Origin: Acidimicrobiia bacterium
GTDB lineage: Bacteria; Actinomycetota; Acidimicrobiia; Spongiisociales; ZC4RG35
DNA length: 64,000 nucleotides
Direction of reading: 5' to 3'
NCBI GenBank assembly: GCA_965216905.1
Contig: OZ244213.1
Coordinates: forward strand, 1,210,735 to 1,274,734
Part shown: in pieces, positions 9,818-20,703 of the stretch
Layout of the letters: every line of letters begins with the position of its first letter
How positions within the stretch are numbered: the first letter of the stretch is position 1
Notes under the pieces: model-generated
Told to the model about the DNA's origin: nothing
Database searches by the model: none
Seen by the model: the letters and a program-made list of their open reading frames with translations, nothing else
Made by a program: the position numbers and the translations under genes

Positions 9818-10216
9818 ATGAGCGGAAGTCCGGACATCGACCCCACCCGGCTGGGCGAACTCCTCGAAGCAGACCGGTACGCCCGGCATCTGGGTATCCG
9901 CCTCGTGGACGATGCGAGCGTCACCGTCGAGATGACCATCACCAAAATCCACCTGAACTTCCTCGGAGGCCTGCACGGCGGTGCCTTGTTCTCGCTGGCC
10001 GACTGCGCACTCTCGCTGGCTTCGAACCACGACTCGACGGCGGTCGCCATCGACACCCACCTCGCCCTCACCGGCCAGGCCGAGGTGGGCGAGACGATCT
10101 CGGCCCGGGCGGAGGAGATTCACCGCGGCAGACGCACCGGGACGTACCGCATCACCGTTCGTCGCCAGGACGAGCGCGTGATCGGCATCTTCACCGGAAC
10201 CGTCCTTCTCGTGTGA
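9818..10216 (+). CDS. PaaI-family (hotdog fold) thioesterase.
   Basis: 132 aa. HGGALFSLAD motif of 4HBT/PaaI thioesterases. Starts 4 nt after the purB stop. Confidence 0.8.
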   Translation: MSGSPDIDPTRLGELLEADRYARHLGIRLVDDASVTVEMTITKIHLNFLGGLHGGALFSLADCALSLASNHDSTAVAIDTHLALTGQAEVGETISARAEEIHRGRRTGTYRITVRRQDERVIGIFTGTVLLV

Positions 10217-10273
10217 TGCGTCGGGGTCCGGCCGTCACGGCGGCACCGGTGGCGGCGCTACGCTGCCGTCTCG

Positions 10274-11149
10274 GTGGTGGCACTGGCACACGTCGCTTCG
10301 GGAAAGGTGCGGGAGATCTACGAGGTCGACGCCGACCACCTGTTGTTGGTCGCCACCGACCGGGTCTCCGCCTATGACTCGATCCTCGAGCCGCCGATCC
10401 CCGACAAAGGCCGCGTCCTGACCGGGATCGCCGCGTTCTGGTTCTCGGTCATCGACACCCCCCACCATCTGGTCGGGCTCGACGTGTCGACCGTGTCCGA
10501 CGATCCCGACCTCCGGGGCAGGTCGATGCTCGTTCGACGCGCCGACATGCTCCCGATCGAATGCGTCGTGCGCGGATACCTCGCCGGATCTGCGTGGCGT
10601 GAGTACGCCGCCGGCGGCGGTCCCGCCACCGAGCACCTCTCTCCCGGCCTCGACCGCTTCCAAGCGCTCGCCGAGCCGATCTTCACACCCGCCACCAAGG
10701 CCTCGTCGGGACACGACCAGAACGTGACCACCGCCCAGGCAGCATCGCTGGTCGGCGCCGACCTCATCGAAGAGCTCCGCAGGCGATCGATCGAGATCTA
10801 CCTCCGGTTGGCCGAGCACGCCCGGTCCCGTGGGTTGGTGCTGGCCGACACCAAGCTCGAGTTCGGCATGGTGGACGGTGAGCTCGTGCTGGCGGACGAG
10901 GTCGGGACTCCCGACTCGTCGAGATATTGGCGGTCGGAGCCGGTTCCCGGAGGTGAGCCGCCGGCCGGCCTCGACAAACAGTACGTCCGCGACTGGTTGG
11001 ACGCGGCCGGCTGGAACCACGATCCCCCGCCGCCCCGCCTCGACGACGACGTGGTTGCCGGGCTCAGACGTCGCTACGTCGAGGCGTTCGAGCGCCTCAC
11101 CGACACTCCGTTTCCCGCCTATCTGGAGGACCCGAACCGATGGACGTGA
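10274..11149 (+). CDS. purC: Phosphoribosylaminoimidazole-succinocarboxamide (SAICAR) synthase.
   Basis: GKVREIYEVD...LLLVATDRVSAYD is the classic PurC N-terminus. 291 aa. Confidence 0.93.
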   Translation: MVALAHVASGKVREIYEVDADHLLLVATDRVSAYDSILEPPIPDKGRVLTGIAAFWFSVIDTPHHLVGLDVSTVSDDPDLRGRSMLVRRADMLPIECVVRGYLAGSAWREYAAGGGPATEHLSPGLDRFQALAEPIFTPATKASSGHDQNVTTAQAASLVGADLIEELRRRSIEIYLRLAEHARSRGLVLADTKLEFGMVDGELVLADEVGTPDSSRYWRSEPVPGGEPPAGLDKQYVRDWLDAAGWNHDPPPPRLDDDVVAGLRRRYVEAFERLTDTPFPAYLEDPNRWT

Positions 11150-11379
11150 CCGTACACATCACCCGCCGGCCGGAGATCGCCGACCCCCACGGGTCGACGG
11201 TCCGGCGGGCGCTGCAGACCCTGGGACACGAGGGCGTTCGTTCGGTCCGTCTCGACCGGACGTTCCACCTCGAGGTCGATGGCGACGATCGCGACGACGT
11301 CCGGCGACGCGTCGTGGACATGTGCGAACGGCTGCTGGCCAATCCGGTGCTGGAGGACTTCGAAGTGGTGGTCGAATGA
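11140..11379 (+). CDS. purS: Phosphoribosylformylglycinamidine synthase subunit PurS.
   Basis: 79 aa. VTVHITRRPEIADPHGSTVRRAL is typical of PurS. Overlaps the purC stop. Confidence 0.9.
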   Translation: MDVTVHITRRPEIADPHGSTVRRALQTLGHEGVRSVRLDRTFHLEVDGDDRDDVRRRVVDMCERLLANPVLEDFEVVVE

Positions 11380-12035
11380 CGCGGGTGGCGGTGGCGGTGT
11401 TCCCCGGCTCGAACTGTGAGCACGACGTCGCCCATGCGCTCCGCCTGGCCGGCGCCGACCCCGAGTTGGTCTGGCATCGAGACGATGACCTGGCGGGCGC
11501 CGACGCGGTGGTCCTCCCCGGGGGCTTCGCCCACGGCGATGCACTCCGCACCGGTGCGATCGCCCGCTTCTCCCCCATCATGGAGCCGATCGTCGCCATG
11601 GCCGAGACGGGCCGGCCGGTGTTGGGAATCTGCAATGGATTTCAAATCCTGTGCGAGGCCGGGCTGCTGCCGGGTGCACTGATCGCCAATCGGGACCTCG
11701 CCTTCCTCTGTCGGTGGGTGGAGGTCGAGATCGTCGAGACCGACACCGTCCTCACTTCCGGGTGTTCGGTCGGAGACCGACTGCGCATCCCGCTCAACTC
11801 CTACGAGGGCAACCACGTGGACCCGGCGGGCGAGGCGAGAGTGGTCGTCCGATACACGGAGGATCCCAACGGCTCGACCGATCGGGCGGCCGCCATCGCC
11901 AACACCGAGGGCAACGTGGTCGGGATCATGCCCCATCCCGAGCGGGCGGTGGAGCACGTCCTCGGTTCGGTCGACGGCTTGCGCCTGCTCGAAGGTTTTG
12001 TGACGGCATCGGCCAAGGACGCAGCCGGTGTCTGA
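11376..12035 (+). CDS. purQ: Phosphoribosylformylglycinamidine synthase glutamine amidotransferase subunit.
   Basis: [14 protein letters not shown]...GICNGFQIL...HPE is the class I GATase triad context. The ATG overlaps the purS stop. Confidence 0.93.
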   Translation: MTRVAVAVFPGSNCEHDVAHALRLAGADPELVWHRDDDLAGADAVVLPGGFAHGDALRTGAIARFSPIMEPIVAMAETGRPVLGICNGFQILCEAGLLPGALIANRDLAFLCRWVEVEIVETDTVLTSGCSVGDRLRIPLNSYEGNHVDPAGEARVVVRYTEDPNGSTDRAAAIANTEGNVVGIMPHPERAVEHVLGSVDGLRLLEGFVTASAKDAAGV

Positions 12036-14274
12036 TCTGCAGATGGCGCCGGAAGAGGACGCCTACACGCCGACCATCGACGATGGAGCCGAGACGGTCT
12101 ACCGACAGTTGGGCATGACCGACGACGAGTACCGATCCGTCCTGGAGATCCTCGGCCGTGAACCACGACCGGCAGAACTGGCGATGTACTCGGTCATGTG
12201 GTCGGAGCATTGCTCGTACAAATCCTCGCGGGCACATCTCGGCCGATTCCCCAGCGAGGCGCCCTGGGTGGTGGTCGGTCCCGGCGAAAACGCCGGTGTG
12301 GTGGACCTCGGCGACGGCTGGCTGGCCGCGCTCCGGATCGAGAGTCACAACCATCCGAGCTTCGTCGAACCGTACGAAGGTGCAGCCACCGGGGTCGGAG
12401 GCATCATCCGGGACGTCTTCACCATGGGCGCCCGACCGATCGCGCTGTGGGACCAGATCAGGTTTGGGCCACTCGCCGACGCCAAGAACCGGTACCTGTT
12501 CTCTGGAGTGGTCTCGGGAATCGCCGGTTATGGCAACGCGGTGGGTGTTCCCACCGTCGGTGGCGAGACGGCCTTTGCCGCGTCGTACGCCGGCAACCCG
12601 CTCGTCAACGTCATGTGCCTCGGGCTGATGCGGCGCGAGCAACTGGTTCTCGGGACCGCCGGATCGCCCGGCAACCGGGCGATCCTGCTGGGAGCAGCCA
12701 CCGGCCGGGACGGTATCGGGGGTGCCTCGGTGCTGGCCTCGGCCTCCTTCGACGATGCGGCGGTCGCCAAGCGTCCCTCCGTCCAGGTCGGCAATCCGTT
12801 CGAGGAGAAGAAGCTGATCGAGGCCTGCCTGGAGCTCTATGAACGGTCTCTGGTTGCCGGTGTCCAGGACTTGGGTGCCGCCGGCCTCTCCTGTGCCACG
12901 AGCGAGCCGGCCGCCCGGGCGGGGGTGGGGATGGAGGTGGATCTGGACCGCGTCCATGTGCGCGAGACCGGAATGACCGCACCCGAACTCTTGATGTCCG
13001 AGTCCCAGGAGCGGATGATGGCCTTCGTCGAGCCGCACCTCGTCGATGAAGTGCTGGAGGTCGCCCGGCGATGGGAGATCGACGCATCGGTCGTGGGCAC
13101 GGTGACCGAAGGGACGTCCCTGCGCGTCCACCACCAGGGTGAGCTGGTCGCCGAACTCCCGGCGGCCTCACTCACCGAGGACGCACCCCGCCTCGACCGA
13201 CCTCTGGGTGAGCCGGCCTGGATGGAAGACCTGTGGTCGAACACGCTCACGTTCGTGGCACCACCCGACGTGGCGACCACCCTGCTGAACCTGCTCGACG
13301 ACCCTTCGATCGCTTCACCCGCCTGGGCCTACGAGCAGTACGACCACATGCTCTTCCTGAACACCATCGTCGGCCCGGGGAACGATTCGACGCTGCTCCG
13401 CATCAAAGGCACCGACAAGGCGATGGCCGTCTCCACCGACGGCAACGGACCCGTCTGCCTCCTCGATCCATGGCGGGGGGCGGCCCGGTTGGTGTACGAG
13501 GCCGCGCTGAACGTCGCTCTGGTCGGAGCGCGTCCGCTGGCGGTCGTCGACAACCTCAATTTCGGCAATCCGGAGAAGCCGGCCGTCATGTGGCAGTTCC
13601 AGCAGTCGGTGGACGGCATCGCCGACGCGTGCCGGATGCTGGACATTCCGGTGGTCGGCGGAAATGTGAGCTTCTACAACGAGACCGACGGCCATGACAT
13701 CTACCCGACTCCGATCGTCGGGCTCTTGGGTTTGGCCGATCCGGCGCCCGCCGACCCTCCGCGCCTCGGCGGTGCCGCCGAAGGAATGGAGTTGTGGCGA
13801 TTCGGCCCGGACTGGGCGACCAACCTGGCGGGTTCGGCCTTCGAGGAGATGGCGTTCGGGCATCTGGGAGGCCGTCCGTCGGCCCCTGACCCGACCATCG
13901 CCAAGGCGGCGATCGCCACCGCGATGACCCTGGCAACCGAGGGCCTGGCTCCGGCGGTGCACGACATCTCCGACGGTGGCCTGGCCGTGGCGGTCGCAGA
14001 GATGGCGATCGCCTCCGGGGTCGGGGTGGCTGTCGAGTACGCCGACTGGCGGAGCCTGTTTTGTGAAGATCCCCATCGCTTCATCGCCGCGGTCCGGCCG
14101 TCCGACGCCCAGCGGGTGCTCGAGATCTCCCTCGCCGAGGGTCTACCGGCGGCCCGAATCGGTACATTCGGTGGGCCGGAGATCACCTTCGCACGAGGGG
14201 CTCGGAAGGCAACCGTCGACCTGGCGACCGCCGCCACCACCTATCGCCAGGCGATCCCTCGCCGGATGAGCTGA
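12028..14274 (+). CDS. purL: Phosphoribosylformylglycinamidine synthase subunit PurL (FGAM synthase II).
   Basis: 748 aa. AIR-synthase-related duplicated domains ([20 protein letters not shown]). Overlaps the purQ stop. Confidence 0.93.
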   Translation: MSDLQMAPEEDAYTPTIDDGAETVYRQLGMTDDEYRSVLEILGREPRPAELAMYSVMWSEHCSYKSSRAHLGRFPSEAPWVVVGPGENAGVVDLGDGWLAALRIESHNHPSFVEPYEGAATGVGGIIRDVFTMGARPIALWDQIRFGPLADAKNRYLFSGVVSGIAGYGNAVGVPTVGGETAFAASYAGNPLVNVMCLGLMRREQLVLGTAGSPGNRAILLGAATGRDGIGGASVLASASFDDAAVAKRPSVQVGNPFEEKKLIEACLELYERSLVAGVQDLGAAGLSCATSEPAARAGVGMEVDLDRVHVRETGMTAPELLMSESQERMMAFVEPHLVDEVLEVARRWEIDASVVGTVTEGTSLRVHHQGELVAELPAASLTEDAPRLDRPLGEPAWMEDLWSNTLTFVAPPDVATTLLNLLDDPSIASPAWAYEQYDHMLFLNTIVGPGNDSTLLRIKGTDKAMAVSTDGNGPVCLLDPWRGAARLVYEAALNVALVGARPLAVVDNLNFGNPEKPAVMWQFQQSVDGIADACRMLDIPVVGGNVSFYNETDGHDIYPTPIVGLLGLADPAPADPPRLGGAAEGMELWRFGPDWATNLAGSAFEEMAFGHLGGRPSAPDPTIAKAAIATAMTLATEGLAPAVHDISDGGLAVAVAEMAIASGVGVAVEYADWRSLFCEDPHRFIAAVRPSDAQRVLEISLAEGLPAARIGTFGGPEITFARGARKATVDLATAATTYRQAIPRRMS

Positions 14275-14406
14275 AGCGTCGCCCCCTGCCTGGCACGATG
14301 CCGCCCTGGCACGATTCGGCCCCGCCATACTTCGACCCTGGCCCAAATGGCCCTGTCACGAGTCGCCCTGTCACAAATCGGCGGGCGGTGGTGTTCAAGA
14401 GGTGCA

Positions 14407-14925
14407 ATGGACAGACATCCGACCGACACGAGCGAGTCGCCCGACCTGGCCACGGTGATCGTCGCCTCACAACATCGGCTCGTCCCGCTCATCGCCAGAA
14501 TCGTCGACGACGATGCGGAGGACGTGGTGCAGGAGGCTCTCGTCCGGCTCGCCGACCACGAGGTGTCGCAGCGTCCGGCCGTCGAGATCTCCGCGTGGCT
14601 GCGTCGCGTGAGCATCAACCTGGCTTTCAACCGGCGAAGAGACGTCGCCCGATGGCGCGACCGATCGAGGCGGGGCGGTGCGGGCGTCGGAGCAGACGTC
14701 GAGGACCCGGCGGAGGCATCGATCCGCACCGAGGAGCGTGAGCAGGTCCGTCAGACGCTGGACGCCCTCGGCCCGGTCCAGCGGGCGATCTTGCTTCTCC
14801 GATACTCGGGGTACAGCTACGCCGAGATCGCCGCGACTCTGGAGCGTCCCGTCTCGTCCATCGGAACCACCCTGGCCCGCGCCGAGCGGGCCTTCCGCCT
14901 GGCCTACGAGGAGATGTACCCGTGA
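14407..14925 (+). CDS. ECF (sigma-70 family, group 4) RNA polymerase sigma factor.
   Basis: Region 2 (DAEDVVQEALVRL) and region 4 HTH (ILLLRYSGYSYAEIAATLERPVSSIGTTLARAERAF). Start set at the internal ATG and is uncertain; the ORF is open from 14347. Confidence 0.82.
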   Translation: MDRHPTDTSESPDLATVIVASQHRLVPLIARIVDDDAEDVVQEALVRLADHEVSQRPAVEISAWLRRVSINLAFNRRRDVARWRDRSRRGGAGVGADVEDPAEASIRTEEREQVRQTLDALGPVQRAILLLRYSGYSYAEIAATLERPVSSIGTTLARAERAFRLAYEEMYP

Positions 14926-15956
14926 CCCACTGCCCACCCATCGGAACCTGGCGAGCGTGGCTCGACGAGGAGACATCCATCGTCGGGCCGGACGAGCACC
15001 TGGCTGCCTGTCGAGGGTGTGCCGAGACGGTCGCGGACCTCCGCGCCGACGCGGCGTTCACCGCGGGTCGCATGGCCCGGCTGGGGGAGACTCGGACCCT
15101 TCCTCCGGCGACGGTGCATCCGCTTCCCTCCCGGAGGGCGCTTCGCGGGCACCGATCGACCTGGCTGAAGTCGCTGGTTGCGGCGGCGGCCGCGTTGGTG
15201 CTGGTGTTCACTCCGTTCGGTCAGGATGCCGCCGAGGCGTTCCTCGCAGCCTTCCGAGTCGAACGTTTCGATCTGGTTCGGGCGACCGCGCTGGAGGCCT
15301 TCCAGACGGCCGAGACCCTGGCCGCGCTCGGATCCATCGACGACGGGGCGGCCGTGCCCATCCCTTCCACGGCTTCGATCGAGGAGGCTTCGGCTCAGAC
15401 CGGACTCGACGTATCCGATCTCGCCGGCCTGAGCGACGGAGCGGTACTCGTGGTTCCCGAGTCGTCGGTGACCTGGACGCTCGACGGTGAGCGGGTGGCC
15501 GCTCACCTGGCAGAACAGGGCTCATCGATACCGGTCCCCTCCGAGCTCGACGGGACCGTCGTGACTATTCGTCGAGCGCCCGCCGTGGTCGCCGCGGTCG
15601 GAGCGATCGATGATCCCGAACTGATCGTCGCCGTTTCCGGTCCCGTGACCGCCAACACCATGGACGGGATGGGTCTGGGAGACCTTCGGGCGTTCTTGTT
15701 GGAACTGCCCGGTATTCCCGAGGGAGTCACCAATCAGCTGGGTGCGATCGAGGACTGGCAGACCACGCTCCCGATTCCGGTTCCCGTCGACCACGGCTCG
15801 GCTTCGATCGAACGCATGGGCGGAGTCGAGGTGGTGACCTTCGAGGTCGACGCCCTCGGCACCGGGTTGATGTGGCTGGACGGCGAGCAGATCCAAGCGG
15901 TGATGGCGCCGAGCGAGGCTCGTGCCCGGGAAGCGTTCGAGCAACTCTCCGGGTGA
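14922..15956 (+). CDS. Membrane-anchored anti-sigma factor with a ZAS-type zinc-finger motif.
   Basis: N-terminal HLAACRGCAE (Hx3Cx2C), one TM helix (LVAAAAALVLVF) and a roughly 240-aa extracytoplasmic domain. The GTG overlaps the sigma-factor stop (GTGA). Confidence 0.7.
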   Translation: MTHCPPIGTWRAWLDEETSIVGPDEHLAACRGCAETVADLRADAAFTAGRMARLGETRTLPPATVHPLPSRRALRGHRSTWLKSLVAAAAALVLVFTPFGQDAAEAFLAAFRVERFDLVRATALEAFQTAETLAALGSIDDGAAVPIPSTASIEEASAQTGLDVSDLAGLSDGAVLVVPESSVTWTLDGERVAAHLAEQGSSIPVPSELDGTVVTIRRAPAVVAAVGAIDDPELIVAVSGPVTANTMDGMGLGDLRAFLLELPGIPEGVTNQLGAIEDWQTTLPIPVPVDHGSASIERMGGVEVVTFEVDALGTGLMWLDGEQIQAVMAPSEARAREAFEQLSG

Positions 15957-16873
15957 CGACACCGACGGAGACACCCGTGGCGGCGCTCGAGGGCGTCACC
16001 AAGCGGTACGGCGGTGTCACTGCCCTCGACCGGGTCACGTTCCGGCTCTGGCCCGGGGAGGTCTTCGGTCTGCTCGGGCCGAACGGCGCCGGGAAGAGCA
16101 CCGCCGTCAAGATCCTGCTGGGTCTGGTGCACGCCACCGAAGGGACGGCCACCCTCGATGGCCGTCCCTCACGCGACCATCGAGCTCGTCGGTCGGTGGG
16201 GTATCTGCCCGAGCTGTTCCGGTTTCAGCCATGGATGACCGGACGTCAGCTCCTCCGCTTCCACTCCGAACTGGCCGGCATCGACATCGACGAGGAAGCC
16301 ATCCAGTCAACCCTGCACGAAGTGGGTATGGCCGATGGTGCCGACCGCACCATCCGGACATATTCGAAGGGGATGTCCCAGCGGATCGGTCTGGCTCAGG
16401 CGATGCTCGGCAACCCACGCCTCGTGATCCTCGACGAGCCCACCTCGGCGCTGGACCCCGTCGGCCGCCGCGAGGTGAGGACGGTCATCGCCCGCCTCCG
16501 TCGGCGGGGCGTGGCGGTGATCCTGAACAGTCATCTCCTCGGAGAGGTCGAACAGGTCTGCGACCGGGTCACGATCCTCGACCGGGGCCGCGTCCGGTTC
16601 GCCGGGAGCCTCGGTGATCTCGTGGGTCGCAATCAAACGGTCGAGGTCACCGTCGACACCGTCGACGGTCGCCTGATCCGTCACTTGCAGACGATCGGCG
16701 AAGTGGCGGTGGTGGATGACACCCGGGTGATCGTGAGTGTGCACGACGCGTCGGAGGCCGACGCGGTGGCCCGGGCGGTCCACGACGCCGGGCGGCGCCT
16801 GCTGGCGCTGGTTCCCTCCCAGCCGTCGCTCGAGGACGTCTTCGTCTCGATGGTCGAAGGGGGCGACCGGTGA
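15953..16873 (+). CDS. ABC transporter ATP-binding protein.
   Basis: Walker A GPNGAGKST, Q-loop, signature YSKGMSQR, Walker B LVILDEPTSALD and an H-loop. The GTG overlaps the anti-sigma stop. Confidence 0.9.
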   Translation: MTTPTETPVAALEGVTKRYGGVTALDRVTFRLWPGEVFGLLGPNGAGKSTAVKILLGLVHATEGTATLDGRPSRDHRARRSVGYLPELFRFQPWMTGRQLLRFHSELAGIDIDEEAIQSTLHEVGMADGADRTIRTYSKGMSQRIGLAQAMLGNPRLVILDEPTSALDPVGRREVRTVIARLRRRGVAVILNSHLLGEVEQVCDRVTILDRGRVRFAGSLGDLVGRNQTVEVTVDTVDGRLIRHLQTIGEVAVVDDTRVIVSVHDASEADAVARAVHDAGRRLLALVPSQPSLEDVFVSMVEGGDR

Positions 16874-17694
16874 TCATCTTGCGGGCAACACTGCGTGAGA
16901 TGCTGGGGCGGCGAGTCCTGCTGTGGGGTGGCATCCTCAGCGTTGCGTTCATCGGTCTCTTCACGCTCGGTCTGACGATGATCAGCCGCGAGCTGGGGAC
17001 CGGGGCGGACGAGGTGGAGATCGTTGGAACGATGCTGGCGCTCCTCGCCCTCTACGTCGTGTCCTTCCTCGGCGCCTTCCTCGGTCTGGCATTGTCGGCC
17101 GGCGCGGTCGCCTCCGAGATCGATCAGGCGCTCATCCACGCCGTGGCGGCCAGGCCCATCACTCGACGGAGCTGGCTGCTTCAGCGGTGGACGGCGCTGG
17201 CTGCGGTGGTCGGCGTCTACGTGGCGGTGATGTCGACGGTGATGATGCTGCTCGCCACATCGTTCCTGTCGTACCAGCCGCTCGCCCCGATCGCCACGGT
17301 CGCCCTGATGGCGCTGGAAGCGGTGGTGATGACGACGATCGGTTTGCTCTTCTCGACCCGTGTCTCCGCAGTGGCGGCAGGCGTGATCACATTCTCGGCG
17401 TTCGGGTTGGCCTGGCTCGCGGGGATCGTCGAGTTCATCGGTTCCCTTCTGGGGAACTCGGCATTGGTGAACACGGGGATCATCACCAGCCTGGTGGTGC
17501 CGACCGACGAGTTGTGGAGGGGGGCTTCCTTCTACGCGGCGAACGCCAGCTTCGTGGACACCGTGATGGACCAGGTGGAGCTCCCCTTCGCGTCCGGTAC
17601 GCCACCGGCCGGGCCATTCCTCCTCTGGTCCGTGGCGTACATCCTGGCGATGCTGTGGCTGGCCACCCGCTGGTTCGAGCGGCGCGACCTCTGA
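16870..17694 (+). CDS. ABC-2 type transporter permease.
   Basis: 274 aa with about six TM helices. The start overlaps the ATPase stop (ATGA). Confidence 0.75.
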   Translation: MIILRATLREMLGRRVLLWGGILSVAFIGLFTLGLTMISRELGTGADEVEIVGTMLALLALYVVSFLGAFLGLALSAGAVASEIDQALIHAVAARPITRRSWLLQRWTALAAVVGVYVAVMSTVMMLLATSFLSYQPLAPIATVALMALEAVVMTTIGLLFSTRVSAVAAGVITFSAFGLAWLAGIVEFIGSLLGNSALVNTGIITSLVVPTDELWRGASFYAANASFVDTVMDQVELPFASGTPPAGPFLLWSVAYILAMLWLATRWFERRDL

Positions 17695-17744
17695 GCTTCG
17701 GCCGGGCGGATGCGAGGGCTACCTGACCGATCAAGCCCTAAGGT

Positions 17745-18881
17745 GTGGCGCCGATGCCACAAACCATCGGAATCCTCACGGCGGGCGGTGACTCGCCCGG
17801 CCTCAATGCCGCGATCCGCGCCATCGGCAAGGCGGCGGAACGCCGCCACGGCATGCACGTTCTGGGGTTCCGAGACGGCTTCCAAGGAGTCATCGCCAAC
17901 CGCGTCGTGCGCCTGGACGGCGATTCGCTGTCCGGCATCCTGACCAAAGGCGGAACGATCCTCGGGACGAGCCGACTGAAAGTCCACAAGGTTGACATCG
18001 GAGACGGCGAGATCGTGGACATGCGGCCCATGATCCAACGCGTGGTCGAGGGTCACGACCTCACCGCCCTCGTCTGTCTCGGAGGTGGCGGAACGCAGAA
18101 GAACGCCCTCCGGCTCCACAAGTCGGGCATCCCGGTCATCACCCTCCCGAAGACGATCGACAACGACGTCTGGGGCACCGATACGACGTTCGGGTTCGAC
18201 ACGGCCCTGTCCATCGCCTCGGAGGCGATCGATCGCCTGCACTCGACCGCCCACTCCCACCATCGGATCATGGTGGTGGAGATCATGGGCCACAACACGG
18301 GCTGGTTGAGCCTGGGGTCCGGTCTCGCCGGAGGAGCGGACGTCATCCTGATCCCCGAGATCCCGTACTCGGTCGAGTCGGTCGCCGAGTCGGTCCTCCA
18401 GCGAAAGGCGGCCGGATCCAACTTCTCGATCGTGGCGGTGGCCGAGGGTGCCAGCGCCGCCGACATCAGAATCCGGCATGACGAGATCATCGCCGACCTC
18501 GAGGCGGCCGACGACGAGGACGACGACACGAGCGAGCTGCGTCGCGAGTTGCATGAACTTCATGCCTCAGAGCGTCGTTCGACCGAAACCCTGGCGGACC
18601 GACTCGAGGAGGCCACGGGCCTGGCGTCGCGGGTCACGATCCTCGGCCACGTGCAGCGAGGAGGAACCCCGTCGCCCGCCGACCGCGTCCTCGCCACCCA
18701 CCTGGGAACCGCAGCGGCCGATGTGATCGCCGAAGGGACGACTGGGGTGATGATCGCGATGCGGAACGGCCAAGCCGTCCCGGTTCCGCTGACGGACGTG
18801 GCAGGACGCCGCAAGGCGGTACCGCTCGACCATCCATGGATCGATGCTGCGCGACGGCTGGGGGTCTGCCTGGGCGACTGA
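17745..18881 (+). CDS. pfk: 6-phosphofructokinase (ATP- or PPi-dependent).
   Basis: [25 protein letters not shown] and MGHNTGWL motifs of the PFK-A family. About 378 aa with an acidic insertion. Confidence 0.9.
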   Translation: MAPMPQTIGILTAGGDSPGLNAAIRAIGKAAERRHGMHVLGFRDGFQGVIANRVVRLDGDSLSGILTKGGTILGTSRLKVHKVDIGDGEIVDMRPMIQRVVEGHDLTALVCLGGGGTQKNALRLHKSGIPVITLPKTIDNDVWGTDTTFGFDTALSIASEAIDRLHSTAHSHHRIMVVEIMGHNTGWLSLGSGLAGGADVILIPEIPYSVESVAESVLQRKAAGSNFSIVAVAEGASAADIRIRHDEIIADLEAADDEDDDTSELRRELHELHASERRSTETLADRLEEATGLASRVTILGHVQRGGTPSPADRVLATHLGTAAADVIAEGTTGVMIAMRNGQAVPVPLTDVAGRRKAVPLDHPWIDAARRLGVCLGD

Positions 18882-19128
18882 CGGCAATCCGGCGGTCGAG
18901 CGGCCTCCGGAGGCAAGCGGCAACGGTGGTCATCCGGATAAGGAGCCTCGGCGATCGGCGAAGCGGGCGCACGTGACGTTCTGTGCGACGTGACTCCACC
19001 CGGTGCGGCAGAGCCTCATCACCGGAGGCGGGGCCCCCTGTCAACCCCGCCTGCGGTTCAACCCCCTGGGTGCCCCCACCCTGGCCGACGATCTCGCCGT
19101 GCGGTATCGATCAAGGTACGAACCCATG

Positions 19129-19169
19129 CCGATCGGGTCAATGGGTCGAGCGGGCCATTGACCGATCGG
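19129..19169 (+). promoter_or_regulatory. Near-perfect 15-16 nt inverted repeat (hairpin) in the MFS transporter leader.
   Basis: CCGATCGGGTCAATGG-N10-CCATTGACCGATCGG, about 60 nt upstream of the start at 19231. It overlaps an 11-codon uORF (ATGCCGATCGGGTCAATGGGTCGAGCGGGCCATTGA). Confidence 0.4.
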
Positions 19170-19230
19170 CCTCCGCGGGCCGGTGGCCGGGACGCTCCGG
19201 CCGCGCCGTCGACGTTCGTCGTAACCTGCC

Positions 19231-20700
19231 GTGGTGGACGACCACATCCTGTCTCCCCCATACCGGCGCGCCTCGATCGCCATCTACGTGGCGGTGGCCC
19301 TCGCAGCGTTCGAGGGAACGGCGGTGGCCGCCGTGCTCCCGCAAGTGGCGGGAGACCTGGGGCGGTTGGACCTGCTCCCCTGGGTCGTGACCGGATATCT
19401 GTTCGCCGGCGGTGTTGCGATCGTCGTGGCCGGACCCGCCATCGACACGCTGGGAACTCGAACGGTGTTTCGATGGTCGGTGCTGACCTTCACCGTCGCC
19501 GGGACCGCCGCCGGACTCGTCGAATCGATGCCAGCGATGGTGGCGGTCCGGCTCCTCCATGGATTCGGCGGCGGTGCGCTGGGTGCCGCGTCGGTCACCG
19601 CGGTTGGGCTCGTCTTCCCCCTCAAGATGGTGGGCAGGGCATTCGCGGCGAACTCCACCGTCTGGGGTGTGATGGGAGTGGCCGCACCGGGAATCGCCGC
19701 CTTCATGGTGACCACGTTGTCGTGGCGATGGGTTTTCCTCGTGAACCTCCCACTGGGCATCCTGGCGTTGGTGGCGGGTTGGTCGATCCTCCCCGGTGCC
19801 GCATCCGGCGGTCCCGGCCAACGCCGGTTCGACCTCGTCGGGACCGCGTTGGTGGCATGTTTCACATTCGCGCTGCTGGTCGCCATCGACTCGCTCGACG
19901 CCTCCTCGGCGTGGTGGATCCTGGTCGCCGCCACGACCGCCGGCGCATACGCCATCCATGCCCACCGGGCGTCTGAGCCCGTGCTCCGCCCCGGCCTCCT
20001 CATCGCACAGCCGTACGGTTCGATCGGCGGCTCGATCGCGTTGATGCTGGCGGCAGCGATCGCCATCAACACGTATGTGACCCTGTACGTGTCGGTCGGC
20101 CGCGGTGCGTCGCCGAACCTGACCGCTTGGTCGGTCTTCTTCTTCGTCATCGGCTGGACCGCCGGAGCCAACCTCTCCAGCCGGCTCCTCGACCGGCTTG
20201 CCGAGACGAGCGTCATGCTGACCGGCTCACTCACGACGCTGACGGGCCTGATCCTGGTGACGGTGGCATCGGCTGCCACGTGGCCCCTTTCGATGGTGCT
20301 CGCCGGCCTCTTCCTGGCCGGGTTCGGGGTGGGGAACGCCACCAACGCAGGGATCACGTTGCTCCGGTCCGTGACACCCGACCAGACCATGGGGCGAGCG
20401 AACTCGGCTCACCAGTTCCTCCGCAATCTGGGATTCACCCTCGGCTCAGCCATGGGGGGCGCCGTCCTGCTGCTGACCGTTTCCCGAAGGCTCGGAAGCA
20501 TCGCGGCGGTCGAATCGCTCCTGGCCGGTGAGGCGAATGCGATGCCCGAGGTTGCCGGGGCCGTCGCCCGGGGCTACACCGCCATCGCGGCGACATCGGT
20601 GGTGGTGACGGTCGCCGCCGTCGTGCCGATGCTCATGCTCCGGAGACACCTCGCCGAGGCGCGAAGACAGAAGCGTGCCACCGGAACGTCCCCGGCGTAG
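19231..20700 (+). CDS. MFS transporter (likely drug:H+ antiporter type, 14 TMS).
   Basis: 489 aa. MFS signature around GTRTVFRWSVL and multiple TM helices throughout. Confidence 0.85.
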   Translation: MVDDHILSPPYRRASIAIYVAVALAAFEGTAVAAVLPQVAGDLGRLDLLPWVVTGYLFAGGVAIVVAGPAIDTLGTRTVFRWSVLTFTVAGTAAGLVESMPAMVAVRLLHGFGGGALGAASVTAVGLVFPLKMVGRAFAANSTVWGVMGVAAPGIAAFMVTTLSWRWVFLVNLPLGILALVAGWSILPGAASGGPGQRRFDLVGTALVACFTFALLVAIDSLDASSAWWILVAATTAGAYAIHAHRASEPVLRPGLLIAQPYGSIGGSIALMLAAAIAINTYVTLYVSVGRGASPNLTAWSVFFFVIGWTAGANLSSRLLDRLAETSVMLTGSLTTLTGLILVTVASAATWPLSMVLAGLFLAGFGVGNATNAGITLLRSVTPDQTMGRANSAHQFLRNLGFTLGSAMGGAVLLLTVSRRLGSIAAVESLLAGEANAMPEVAGAVARGYTAIAATSVVVTVAAVVPMLMLRRHLAEARRQKRATGTSPA

Positions 20701-20703
20701 CGA

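Noticed and set aside
17532-18563. A 343-aa minus-strand ORF antisense to pfk.
   Set aside because: It has no recognisable motifs and a biased composition. The opposite strand encodes a complete 6-phosphofructokinase.
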